Shown: positions 1 to 6,999 of the stretch, piece after piece | Layout of the letters: each line of letters starts with the position of its first letter | How positions within the stretch are numbered: position 1 is the stretch's first letter | Assembly: GCA_038231435.1 (NCBI GenBank) | Contig: JBBRLJ010000039.1 | Coordinates: 1 to 47,568, forward strand | Direction of reading: 5' to 3' | Length of the DNA stretch: 47,568 bases | DNA from: Planctomycetota bacterium | GTDB lineage: Bacteria; Planctomycetota; UBA11346 | Notes under the pieces: generated by a model | What the model was told of the DNA's origin: nothing | The model's input: only the letters and a program-made list of their open reading frames with translations | The model's database searches: none | Position numbers and translations under genes: made by a program

Positions 1-136
1 ACAGATGGAGGGATTCAACAACCTCGTCTCCAGGTTGATCCACCGCGCCAACGGCATCAGGTCCTTGCTCTACCTGTTCCGCCGGGCCAGGGCCGCCGTC
101 CTCAGACCCCGTCAAGCTGTCTGCGGTCCTGCATGA
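1..136 (+). mobile_element. 3' end of an ISL3-family transposase (truncated by window start)
   Basis: Frame from nt 2 reads QMEGFNNLVSRLIHRANGIRSLLYLFRRARAAVLRPRQAVCGPA* (TGA 134-136), resembling the EGxNN..I...A.G.R C-terminal catalytic-Glu region of ISL3 transposases. It is followed by ...TGAGACCC (possible right end near 141) and an AT-rich stretch. Confidence 0.7.
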
Positions 137-249
137 GACCCGAAAAATTTTGTTATTCGACAATATTAGGCAGCTGGAATTCACGCGTCTCCCTGGACTT
201 CCAGGTACCGATGGTTTCAGACAATCATGATGTTCCCGAAACCGGATAT

Positions 250-295
250 TCGGATTCGAATCCGAGGGTTGGGGGTTCGAATCCCTCCCGGCGCG
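250..295 (+). tRNA. 3' fragment of a tRNA-Arg (anticodon arm to discriminator); probable att site, not an intact gene
   Basis: TCGGA-ttcgaa-TCCGA anticodon arm with only a 6-nt loop, variable GGGTT, T-arm GGGGG-TTCGAAT-CCCTC, acceptor 3' strand CCGGCGC plus discriminator G. No D-arm or 5' acceptor strand upstream, no CCA. Confidence 0.8.
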
Positions 296-382
296 CTGTT
301 TTTCTCATCTCGTGCCAGTCAGGCCAACGTCCACGACGGCGGCCCAGATTGCGCCGCGGCGAGAGCCCGCGAACCTGCGCGC

Positions 383-856
383 ATGCCCGACATGCTCGTG
401 CGCCTCTACGATCTGCCCGATCACCTGCCGGCCGTCGTGAAAGTTCGCGAGCAGGGGAGCGCGATCCGCGCCGCGATCACGCCCGAGCGGCAGGTGGTGG
501 TGGCGTGGGTGCTGAAACACTTCTCGACCGGTTGGGCGAGCGAATGCGAGGCGTGCTTCTCACGCCTGCCAGTGTCGTGCATCCTGGCGGTGCGGGGAAA
601 CGAACTGGTGGGATTCGCCTGCCACGAGGCCACCGGCAAGGGCTTCCTCGGGCCAATGGGCGTGGCGAAAGACTTCACGGGCAGTGGATTGGGCAAGGCG
701 CTGCTGCTCACCGCTCTGCACGCCATGCGCGAGCAGGGCTACGCCTACGCCATCATCGGCGGGGTCGGTCCGGCAGACTTCTACGCCAAGACCGCGGGGG
801 CCATCCCCATCCCCGGGTCGGAGCACGGCATCTACCAGGGCATGCTGCCCCTGTAG
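383..856 (+). CDS. GNAT family N-acetyltransferase
   Basis: MPDMLVRLYDLP start; acetyl-CoA-binding motif GPMGV...GSGLGKALL; FYAK. The longer track ORF runs through the tRNA fragment, so ATG 383 was chosen. Confidence 0.85.
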   Translation: MPDMLVRLYDLPDHLPAVVKVREQGSAIRAAITPERQVVVAWVLKHFSTGWASECEACFSRLPVSCILAVRGNELVGFACHEATGKGFLGPMGVAKDFTGSGLGKALLLTALHAMREQGYAYAIIGGVGPADFYAKTAGAIPIPGSEHGIYQGMLPL

Positions 857-1119
857 GCAAGCTGTTCCTGAAGCAAGCTGCTCCTGGTAGAAGGGCATGC
901 TGCCGCTGGAGCGCCTAGCCGGATGGAGCGATCGACCGCCGAGCTCGGGTGGCCGGCGCCCACGGCGCCCAGGGCGCCCAGGTCTGAAGCCGCGCCACAA
1001 GCCCCTAGACCGCGCGCCATGGTCGCGCACGCTGTGCCTCCCTTCCACGCGAACCCCGTCCACCGTCCACCGGGACGCGGGAACGGACAGCATCCACAGC
1101 ACGAATGAGGGTTTCCGAC

Positions 1120-2541
1120 ATGAACGCGACTGCAGACGCCGGCGTCATCGGCATGGCCGTGATGGGCCGCAACCTGGCCAAGAACATCGAGTCCCGCGGC
1201 TACACCGTGGCGATCTTCAACCGCACCTGGTCGGTGACCGAGGACGTGCTGAAGTGGGAGCACGGCAAAGGTGCGCGCTTCGTCGCCTGCAAAGAGCTCA
1301 CGGACTTCGTCGCCGCCATCAAGAAGCCGCGCCGCATCATCATCATGGTCCAGGCCGGCAAGGGTACCGACGCGGTGATCGAGGGCATCGCGCCGCTGCT
1401 CGAGCAAGGCGACATCCTGGTCGATGGCGGCAACGCGCACTGGGCCGACACCGACCGCAGAGACGCCTTCGCCAAGACCAAGAACTTCAACTTCGTCGGC
1501 ATGGGCGTCTCGGGCGGTGAGGAAGGCGCGCGCATCGGCCCCGCGATCATGCCCGGCGGCGATCGCGCCGCGGTCGACAAGCTGATGCCGATCCTCAAGC
1601 AGATCGCCGCAAAAGCCGGCCCGAAGAACGATGAACCCTGCGTGACCTGGTGCGGCAACGGCTCGGCCGGGCACTTCGTCAAGATGGTGCACAACGGCAT
1701 CGAGTACGGCGACATGCAGATGATCGCCGAGTGCTACGACCTGCTGCACCGCGGCCTGGGCCTCGGCCATGCCGAATGCGCCAAGACCTTCACGGACTGG
1801 AACAAGGGCGAGCTCGGCAGCTTTCTCATCGAGCTCACCGGCAACATCGCCGCGAAGGCCGACCCGGAAAAGCAGGGCGGCTTCCTGCTCGACGCGATCC
1901 GTGACGCCGCCGGGCAAAAGGGCACCGGCAAGTGGACGACCATGGCCGCGCTCGAAGCCGGCGTCGCCATCCCGACCATCACCGCCGCCGTCGACGCACG
2001 CATCGTCTCGAGCCTGAAGAGCGAGCGCGAGACCGCCGAGAAGGCCCTGGCGCTGCCGCGCTCCAAGGTCACCGGCATCGCGGCCGCCGACATCGCGCAT
2101 GCGCTCTACGGTGCGAAGATCTCGGCCTATGCGCAGGGCATGACCATGATCAAGGCCTGCGCCGCGCAGCGTAACTATGCCACCGACATCGGTTCGATCC
2201 CGGCGATCTGGCGCGGCGGCTGCATCATCCGCGCGGTGTTCCTCGACCGCATCACCGCGGCCTTCAAGAAGCAGCCCGATCTCGCCAACCTGCTGATTGC
2301 GGGCGAGTTCAAGGCCGACATCGCGCGCACCGTGCCCGCGCTGCGCAAGGTGGTGGGCGCGGCGATCGCGGCCGGCATCCCGGTGCCCGCGCTGTCGGCG
2401 AGCCTCGCCTACATCGAGAGCTACGCGACCGCGCGCCTGCCTGCGTACGTCACGCAGGCGCAACGCGACGCCTTCGGCAGCCACACCTACGAGCGCCTCG
2501 ACAAGCCGGGAGTGCCCATCCACACCGAGTGGCTGGCGTGA
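1120..2541 (+). CDS. gnd: NADP-dependent 6-phosphogluconate dehydrogenase (decarboxylating)
   Basis: GMAVMGRNLA, DGGN, GVSGGEEGA, GHFVKMVHNGIEYGDMQ, QKGTGKWT, QAQRDAFGSHTYER motifs. Confidence 0.97.
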   Translation: MNATADAGVIGMAVMGRNLAKNIESRGYTVAIFNRTWSVTEDVLKWEHGKGARFVACKELTDFVAAIKKPRRIIIMVQAGKGTDAVIEGIAPLLEQGDILVDGGNAHWADTDRRDAFAKTKNFNFVGMGVSGGEEGARIGPAIMPGGDRAAVDKLMPILKQIAAKAGPKNDEPCVTWCGNGSAGHFVKMVHNGIEYGDMQMIAECYDLLHRGLGLGHAECAKTFTDWNKGELGSFLIELTGNIAAKADPEKQGGFLLDAIRDAAGQKGTGKWTTMAALEAGVAIPTITAAVDARIVSSLKSERETAEKALALPRSKVTGIAAADIAHALYGAKISAYAQGMTMIKACAAQRNYATDIGSIPAIWRGGCIIRAVFLDRITAAFKKQPDLANLLIAGEFKADIARTVPALRKVVGAAIAAGIPVPALSASLAYIESYATARLPAYVTQAQRDAFGSHTYERLDKPGVPIHTEWLA

Positions 2542-2587
2542 GCGCTGGATCCGGCGTGGCGGCAGGCCTGGTGCCGGCGGAGCGCAC

Positions 2588-3130
2588 GTGCGCCTGACCG
2601 TCGTCCCTGGCACCAACCGCGCCGGTAGCCTGACCCTGAAGCTCGCGAAGCTGGTGGCGGCGGACTACGCCGCGCTCGGCTGCGAGGTCGACCTGCTCAC
2701 CCTCGATCTCGGCGTGGAATTCCTCGACCCGTTCGCCTACAAGCAGCCGAAGCCAGCAGTGGCGGCGCTGGTCGCGCGTTTCCTGACCTGCGACGCCGCG
2801 CTGTTCGTGGTGCCCGAATACAACGGCAGCTATCCCGGCATCCTCAAGCTGTTCGTCGACATGCTGCCCGAGCGCGAAGGCTTCAGCCAACGCCCCTGTG
2901 CGTTCATCGGGCTGAGCGCCGGCCAGTTCTCGAGCCTGCGCTCGGTCGAGCACTTCCAGGGCGTCGCCGGCTACCGCAACGCCTACATCTTCCCGAACCG
3001 GGTGTTCATCGGCGACAGCTTCAAGCAGTTCGACGCCGATGGGAAGCTGATCGAGCCCAAGCTGGTCGCGCGTCTCGCAGCGCAGGCCGCCGGTTTCGTG
3101 GAATTTGTCCGCAAACTGAAATCCGCTTAG
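2588..3130 (+). CDS. NADPH-dependent FMN reductase family protein
   Basis: GTG start; GTNRAGS and VPEYNGSYPGILKLFVD flavodoxin-like motifs. Confidence 0.88.
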   Translation: MRLTVVPGTNRAGSLTLKLAKLVAADYAALGCEVDLLTLDLGVEFLDPFAYKQPKPAVAALVARFLTCDAALFVVPEYNGSYPGILKLFVDMLPEREGFSQRPCAFIGLSAGQFSSLRSVEHFQGVAGYRNAYIFPNRVFIGDSFKQFDADGKLIEPKLVARLAAQAAGFVEFVRKLKSA

Positions 3131-3341
3131 AATCGGGGGCTTCGCCCCCAAACCCCCACGACCTTTGTCCCTGCTCTTTTTGGCCCTGCGGACCAAAAAG
3201 TTTGCGTGATGGGCTGCGCCCATTATTCACGCAAACCGGAGCTCGGCGGTCGCTCGCGGCTGGCGCCGCTCGGGCTTCAAATCGGGAGCTTCGCCCCCTG
3301 GGCCCCGACCATTATCGTTTCTTTTTTACCCCTGCGGACCA
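3131..3341 (+). repeat. Dispersed multi-hairpin repeat (one full copy ~3131-3250 plus a degenerate partial copy ~3280-3341), homologous to the tandem array at 47325-47568
   Basis: GGGGGCTTCGCCCCC...TTTTTGGCCCTGCGGACCAAAAA...TTTGCGTGATGGGCTGCGCCCATTATTCACGCAAA aligns with the terminal array unit. Confidence 0.9.
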
Positions 3342-3381
3342 CAGCCGCTCGCGCTTCTCTGCCTGGGCTCGTCTGCATAGT

Positions 3382-5262
3382 ATGGGCGTGCCCCCGCTCC
3401 CCTTCGATGTCGTGGTCGTTGGCGGTGGGCACGCCGGCATCGAGGCCGCCGCGGCATCGGCGCGCCTCGGGCGGCGCACCGCCATGGTCAGCGGCAATCT
3501 CGACACCATCGGCAAGATGAGCTGCAACCCCTCGATCGGCGGCGTGGCCAAGGGCCAGCTCGCGCGCGAGGTCGACGCGCTGGGTGGATTGATGGGCCAG
3601 GCCACCGACGCCACCGGCATCCAGTTCCGCATGCTCGGCCTGTCCAAGGGCCCCGCGCTGTGGAGCCCGCGCGCGCAGTGCGACAAGGCCGCCTACAGCG
3701 CGTGGATGAAGCAGCGCCTCGAGGAGACGCCGAACCTGTTCCTCGTGCAGGGCGAGGCGTGGGAGATCCTCACCAGCCCCGGAGCCGACCGTCGCGTCAC
3801 CGGTCTCGCGCTGCGTGACGGGCGCATGCTGCCCACCACCCGCGTGGTCGTCACCACCGGTACGTTCTTGAAAGCGCTCATGCATCAGGGCGACACGCGC
3901 ACCGCGGGCGGGCGCATGGGCGACCAGGCGGCGATGGGCCTGTCGGACAATTTCGCCAAGCTCGGCCTGCGCCTGCTGCGCCACAAGACCGGCACCCCCT
4001 GCCGCATCCACGCCGACTCGATCCGCTGGGATCTGTGCGAGGAGCAGCCGGGCGACGAGCCGCCGCCGCCATTCAGCTTCCTCACCACCAGGATCACCCA
4101 GACGCAGATCAGCTGCTGGATGTGCCACACCACGCCCGAAGCGCACGCGCGCATCCTCGCCAATCTCCACCGCGCGCCGATGTACAACGGCCAGATCGCA
4201 TCCGTCGGCCCGCGCTACTGCCCGTCCATCGAGGACAAGGTGGTGCGCTTCAAGGACCGCGAGAGCCACCACCTGTTCCTCGAGCCCGAGGGCCGCGCCA
4301 CCAAGGAGATCTACGTCAACGGCCTGTCCACCAGCCTGCCGATCGACGTCCAGGACGAGGTCCTGCGCGAGATCCCCGCGCTCGCCGGCGCGCATGTGCT
4401 GCGCTACGGCTACGCAGTGGAATACGACGTGGTCGCGCCCGACCAGATCGACCACACCCTCGCGGTGCGCTCGCTGCCGGGCCTGTATCTTGCCGGCCAG
4501 ATCAACGGCACCTCGGGCTACGAGGAAGCCGCCGCGCAAGGCATCATGGCCGGCGCCAACGCCGCGCTCACCCTCGACGCAGGCCGCGCTGGCGCCAGCG
4601 CGGCGCTGACGCTCTCGCGCGCCGACGCCTACATCGGCGTGCTCATCGACGACCTGGTCACGCGCCTGCCCGAGGAGCCGTACCGGATGTTCACCAGCCG
4701 GGCCGAGCACCGCCTGCACCTGCGCGCCGACAACGCCGACCGCCGCCTGACCCCCCTCGCCGCGCGCGTCGGCCTGGTGCCGGCTGAGCGCGCCGAGCGC
4801 GTCGCCGCCAAAGAGAGCGACGTGCGCGCGCTGCTCGCGGGCGTGACCGACGTGGTACGCCGCACGGTGGCGGGCGAAGGCATGGACATGGCGCGAGCCG
4901 CGGCGCTGGTGCCAGCGCTCGCCACCGCGCCAGCCGAGGTCGCCGAACAGGCATGGATCGAGATGCGCTACTCGACCTACCTCGAGCGCCAGGACGCGCG
5001 CATCGAGCAGCTGAAGCGCTTCCGCGATCTGGTGCTGCCGGTGGATCTCGACTACGCAGCCATCCCCTGCCTCAGCCACGAAGGCCGCCTGCGCCTGGGT
5101 ACGCTGCGCCCACGCACCCTCGGCGAAGTCGACACCCTCCCAGGCGTCAGCCGCGTCGACGTCGAGACCCTCTACGCCGCCTTGCAGTCGCGGCTTTCAG
5201 TTAGGGGGCTACGGCCCCCCAACATCGCGCTCCGCGCTGCCCCCCGGGAAGCCGACCGCTAG
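3382..5262 (+). CDS. mnmG: tRNA uridine-5-carboxymethylaminomethyl(34) synthesis enzyme MnmG (GidA)
   Basis: VVGGGHAGIEAA, MSCNPSIGGVAKG, GPRYCPSIEDKV, AGQINGTSGYEEAAAQG, EPYRMFTSRAEHRL. Confidence 0.97.
   Translation: MGVPPLPFDVVVVGGGHAGIEAAAASARLGRRTAMVSGNLDTIGKMSCNPSIGGVAKGQLAREVDALGGLMGQATDATGIQFRMLGLSKGPALWSPRAQCDKAAYSAWMKQRLEETPNLFLVQGEAWEILTSPGADRRVTGLALRDGRMLPTTRVVVTTGTFLKALMHQGDTRTAGGRMGDQAAMGLSDNFAKLGLRLLRHKTGTPCRIHADSIRWDLCEEQPGDEPPPPFSFLTTRITQTQISCWMCHTTPEAHARILANLHRAPMYNGQIASVGPRYCPSIEDKVVRFKDRESHHLFLEPEGRATKEIYVNGLSTSLPIDVQDEVLREIPALAGAHVLRYGYAVEYDVVAPDQIDHTLAVRSLPGLYLAGQINGTSGYEEAAAQGIMAGANAALTLDAGRAGASAALTLSRADAYIGVLIDDLVTRLPEEPYRMFTSRAEHRLHLRADNADRRLTPLAARVGLVPAERAERVAAKESDVRALLAGVTDVVRRTVAGEGMDMARAAALVPALATAPAEVAEQAWIEMRYSTYLERQDARIEQLKRFRDLVLPVDLDYAAIPCLSHEGRLRLGTLRPRTLGEVDTLPGVSRVDVETLYAALQSRLSVRGLRPPNIALRAAPREADR
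5193..5251 (+). repeat. REP-like palindrome family B, copy 1 (inside the mnmG 3' end)
   Basis: GCTTTCAGTTAGGGGGCTACGGCCCCCCAAC followed by ATCGCGCTCCGCGCTGCCCCCCGGGAAGC; related copies at ~15614, ~39952 and ~40805. Confidence 0.85.
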
Positions 5263-5312
5263 ATGGTTTAGAATTCGCGGACACGAGGCCTTGATGCGCC
5301 ACGGTACGGTGT

Positions 5313-5651
5313 TCACGCAGTGACCGGAATATCGATGACGATGGCGAGCGTGCGGGCGATGTCGTCGAGCAGCGGCGTCGGCCCGCTGCGATGGCGAGCA
5401 CGCCACGCCAGATCGCGCAATGCGGCGTCATGGGCACTGAGGAAGCGGTCGAGGTGATGAATGGCTCCGGCGCGATCATTGGCGCAGAGCGCGCGGGCGA
5501 TCGACCAGGCGTCGACGATCGGGGCATCCTGGGGGAGGAAGTCCGCCACGGGGGCCCAATCAGGCGTGAGCATCGCCACGGCGGCACACAGGCGCTCGCG
5601 GGCGGTCAGGCTGTCGCGGGGGATGGCGGGGCTAGCGGTGTGGTCGTTCAT
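5313..5651 (-). CDS. Small hypothetical protein (112 aa)
   Basis: ATG preceded by AAGGA RBS-like motif; lies downstream of the attenuator-like leader; no family recognised. Confidence 0.55.
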   Translation of the reverse strand: MNDHTASPAIPRDSLTARERLCAAVAMLTPDWAPVADFLPQDAPIVDAWSIARALCANDRAGAIHHLDRFLSAHDAALRDLAWRARHRSGPTPLLDDIARTLAIVIDIPVTA

Positions 5652-5748
5652 GACGTGTTCCTTGCGGAAGCCGAGGGTGGGGGGTGGTGGCGGTGGCAGC
5701 GGCGAGCGCTTTCCACGACATGCGCGAGGGAATGGCTACGGCGGACAT
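5632..5748 (-). CDS. Putative 38-aa small ORF (MSAVAIPSRMSWKALAAATATTPHPRLPQGTRHERPHR)
   Basis: CAGGAG Shine-Dalgarno 6 nt before the ATG; overlaps the start of the 112-aa ORF by 20 nt; below the ORF-track size cut-off. Confidence 0.4.
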   Translation of the reverse strand: MSAVAIPSRMSWKALAAATATTPHPRLPQGTRHERPHR

Positions 5749-5828
5749 GGGGTTCTCCTGATGGGTCATCTGTCGGTGATGAGTCGGTGACTGGTCGGTG
5801 AAGGCGATGCGGGGAATACCAGAAACGC

Positions 5829-5861
5829 AAAAAGGGCGGCCTTCTCGTGGAAGGCCGCCCT
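5829..5861 (-). terminator. Intrinsic terminator in the leader of the minus-strand small ORFs (attenuator terminator)
   Basis: Perfect 12-bp stem AGGGCGGCCTTC/GAAGGCCGCCCT with a 5-nt loop, followed on the minus strand by TTTTGCGTTTCT. Confidence 0.85.
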
Positions 5862-5893
5862 CGGTCGAGGGACATCACGGCTTCTTCCACGTG

Positions 5894-5950
5894 CTAGGCA
5901 CTGGAGGCGGATACAATCATCCACTTAGCCGACGAAAGCTGGAAGCTCAT
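5894..5950 (-). CDS. Putative 18-aa leader peptide MSFQLSSAKWMIVSASSA
   Basis: ATG...TAG ends 2 nt before the antiterminator strand; uses AT-ending codons (CTT, GCT, ATT, GTA, AGT) that are uncommon in the surrounding genes. Confidence 0.55.
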   Translation of the reverse strand: MSFQLSSAKWMIVSASSA

Positions 5951-6176
5951 GCACACGTCTTAGCGCCGGCGCCAGCGCGGCAAGGGAAATGGCCGGACAT
6001 GCGCGCACGGATCACGCGCGCGGTGTCACCGGTGGCGGTGTATATCCATATGACTGATCACGCAGACGCTGGCGGGGACGACGGTTGCCACCACCCGGAC
6101 GGGCGGATGATTCCCCCTCCGCTCCATCCCCACATCGCCTCCGCCTCTCGGCGCCACGACAAGGATTCCATCCGAC

Positions 6177-6851
6177 ATGCCGATTTCCAAGACCGAGCAG
6201 AACGCCTGGCGCATGTTCCGCATCATGGGCGAGTTCGTCGAGGGCTTCCAGCAGCTGAGCGAATTGCCGAAGGCCGTGACCATCTTCGGCTCGGCGCGCA
6301 CCAAGCCGTCGGATCCGTACTACAAAGCCACCGAGGCGATCGCGCGCAACGCGGTCGCGCGCGGCTTCCCGGTCATCTCGGGCGGCGGACCCGGCATCAT
6401 GGAAGCCGCCAACAAGGGCGCCGCCGATGCCAACGGTCAGAGCGTCGGCCTATGCATCCGCCTCCCCAATGAGCAGAGCGGCAACCGCTTCATCAACGTG
6501 CGCGTCGACTTCCATTATTTCTTCGTGCGCAAGGTGATGTTCCTCAAGCACACCGCGGCAGTGGTGGTGATGCCGGGCGGCTTCGGCACTCTCGACGAGT
6601 TGTTCGAGTGCGCGACCCTGGTGCAGACCCGCAAGATCTCGCCGGTCCCGATCGTGCTCTACGGGAAGTCGTACTGGCACGGCCTGCTCGCCTGGATCAA
6701 GAGCCAGATGGATCACGAGCACCACTACATCTCGCACGGCGACCTCGACCTGTTCCACCTGGTGGATTCGCCCGAGGAGGCCGCCGAGGCGCTCGCGCAC
6801 CTCCAGGTCGAGCCGGCCGAGCCGATCCCGCATACCGCGCCGATGGATTGA
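6177..6851 (+). CDS. LOG family nucleotide 5'-monophosphate nucleosidase / phosphoribohydrolase
   Basis: IFGSAR, SGGGPGIMEAANKGA, FHYFFVRKVMF and the PGGFGTLDE signature. Confidence 0.93.
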   Translation: MPISKTEQNAWRMFRIMGEFVEGFQQLSELPKAVTIFGSARTKPSDPYYKATEAIARNAVARGFPVISGGGPGIMEAANKGAADANGQSVGLCIRLPNEQSGNRFINVRVDFHYFFVRKVMFLKHTAAVVVMPGGFGTLDELFECATLVQTRKISPVPIVLYGKSYWHGLLAWIKSQMDHEHHYISHGDLDLFHLVDSPEEAAEALAHLQVEPAEPIPHTAPMD

Positions 6852-6999
6852 CCCTGATCCCGTCCGCCACAGTGCGGCTTGCCCAGGTGGGAAGCGCTCC
6901 ACGCTCACCCGTCGGCTCCGCTCCGATCCCCGCAACCACATCAGCAACCACATCCGCTACCGCACCGACCCTGCTCCAGAGCTCTCGCCAGAGGACCAG

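Larger units (their letters stand above)
5829..5983 (-). promoter_or_regulatory. Putative ribosome-mediated transcription attenuator (promoter, leader peptide, antiterminator, terminator)
   Basis: TTGCCG-15 nt-TAAGAC ends 6 nt before the ATG at 5950. CGTGGAAGAAGCCG (5891-5878) can pair with CGGCCTTCCACG (5857-5846) in the terminator 5' arm and loop. Confidence 0.65.

Noticed and set aside
225..296. Intact functional tRNA-Arg(TCG)
   Set aside because: No D-arm or 5' acceptor strand, and the anticodon loop has only 6 nt; treated as a fragment.
133..918. 261-aa ORF and the N-terminal extension of the GNAT ORF from 227
   Set aside because: They read through the tRNA fragment; the 261-aa frame is an Arg-rich shadow of the GNAT gene.
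5829..5983. T-box or known metabolite riboswitch
   Set aside because: No T-box UGGNACC antiterminator bulge or recognisable aptamer core; a leader-peptide model fits the layout better.
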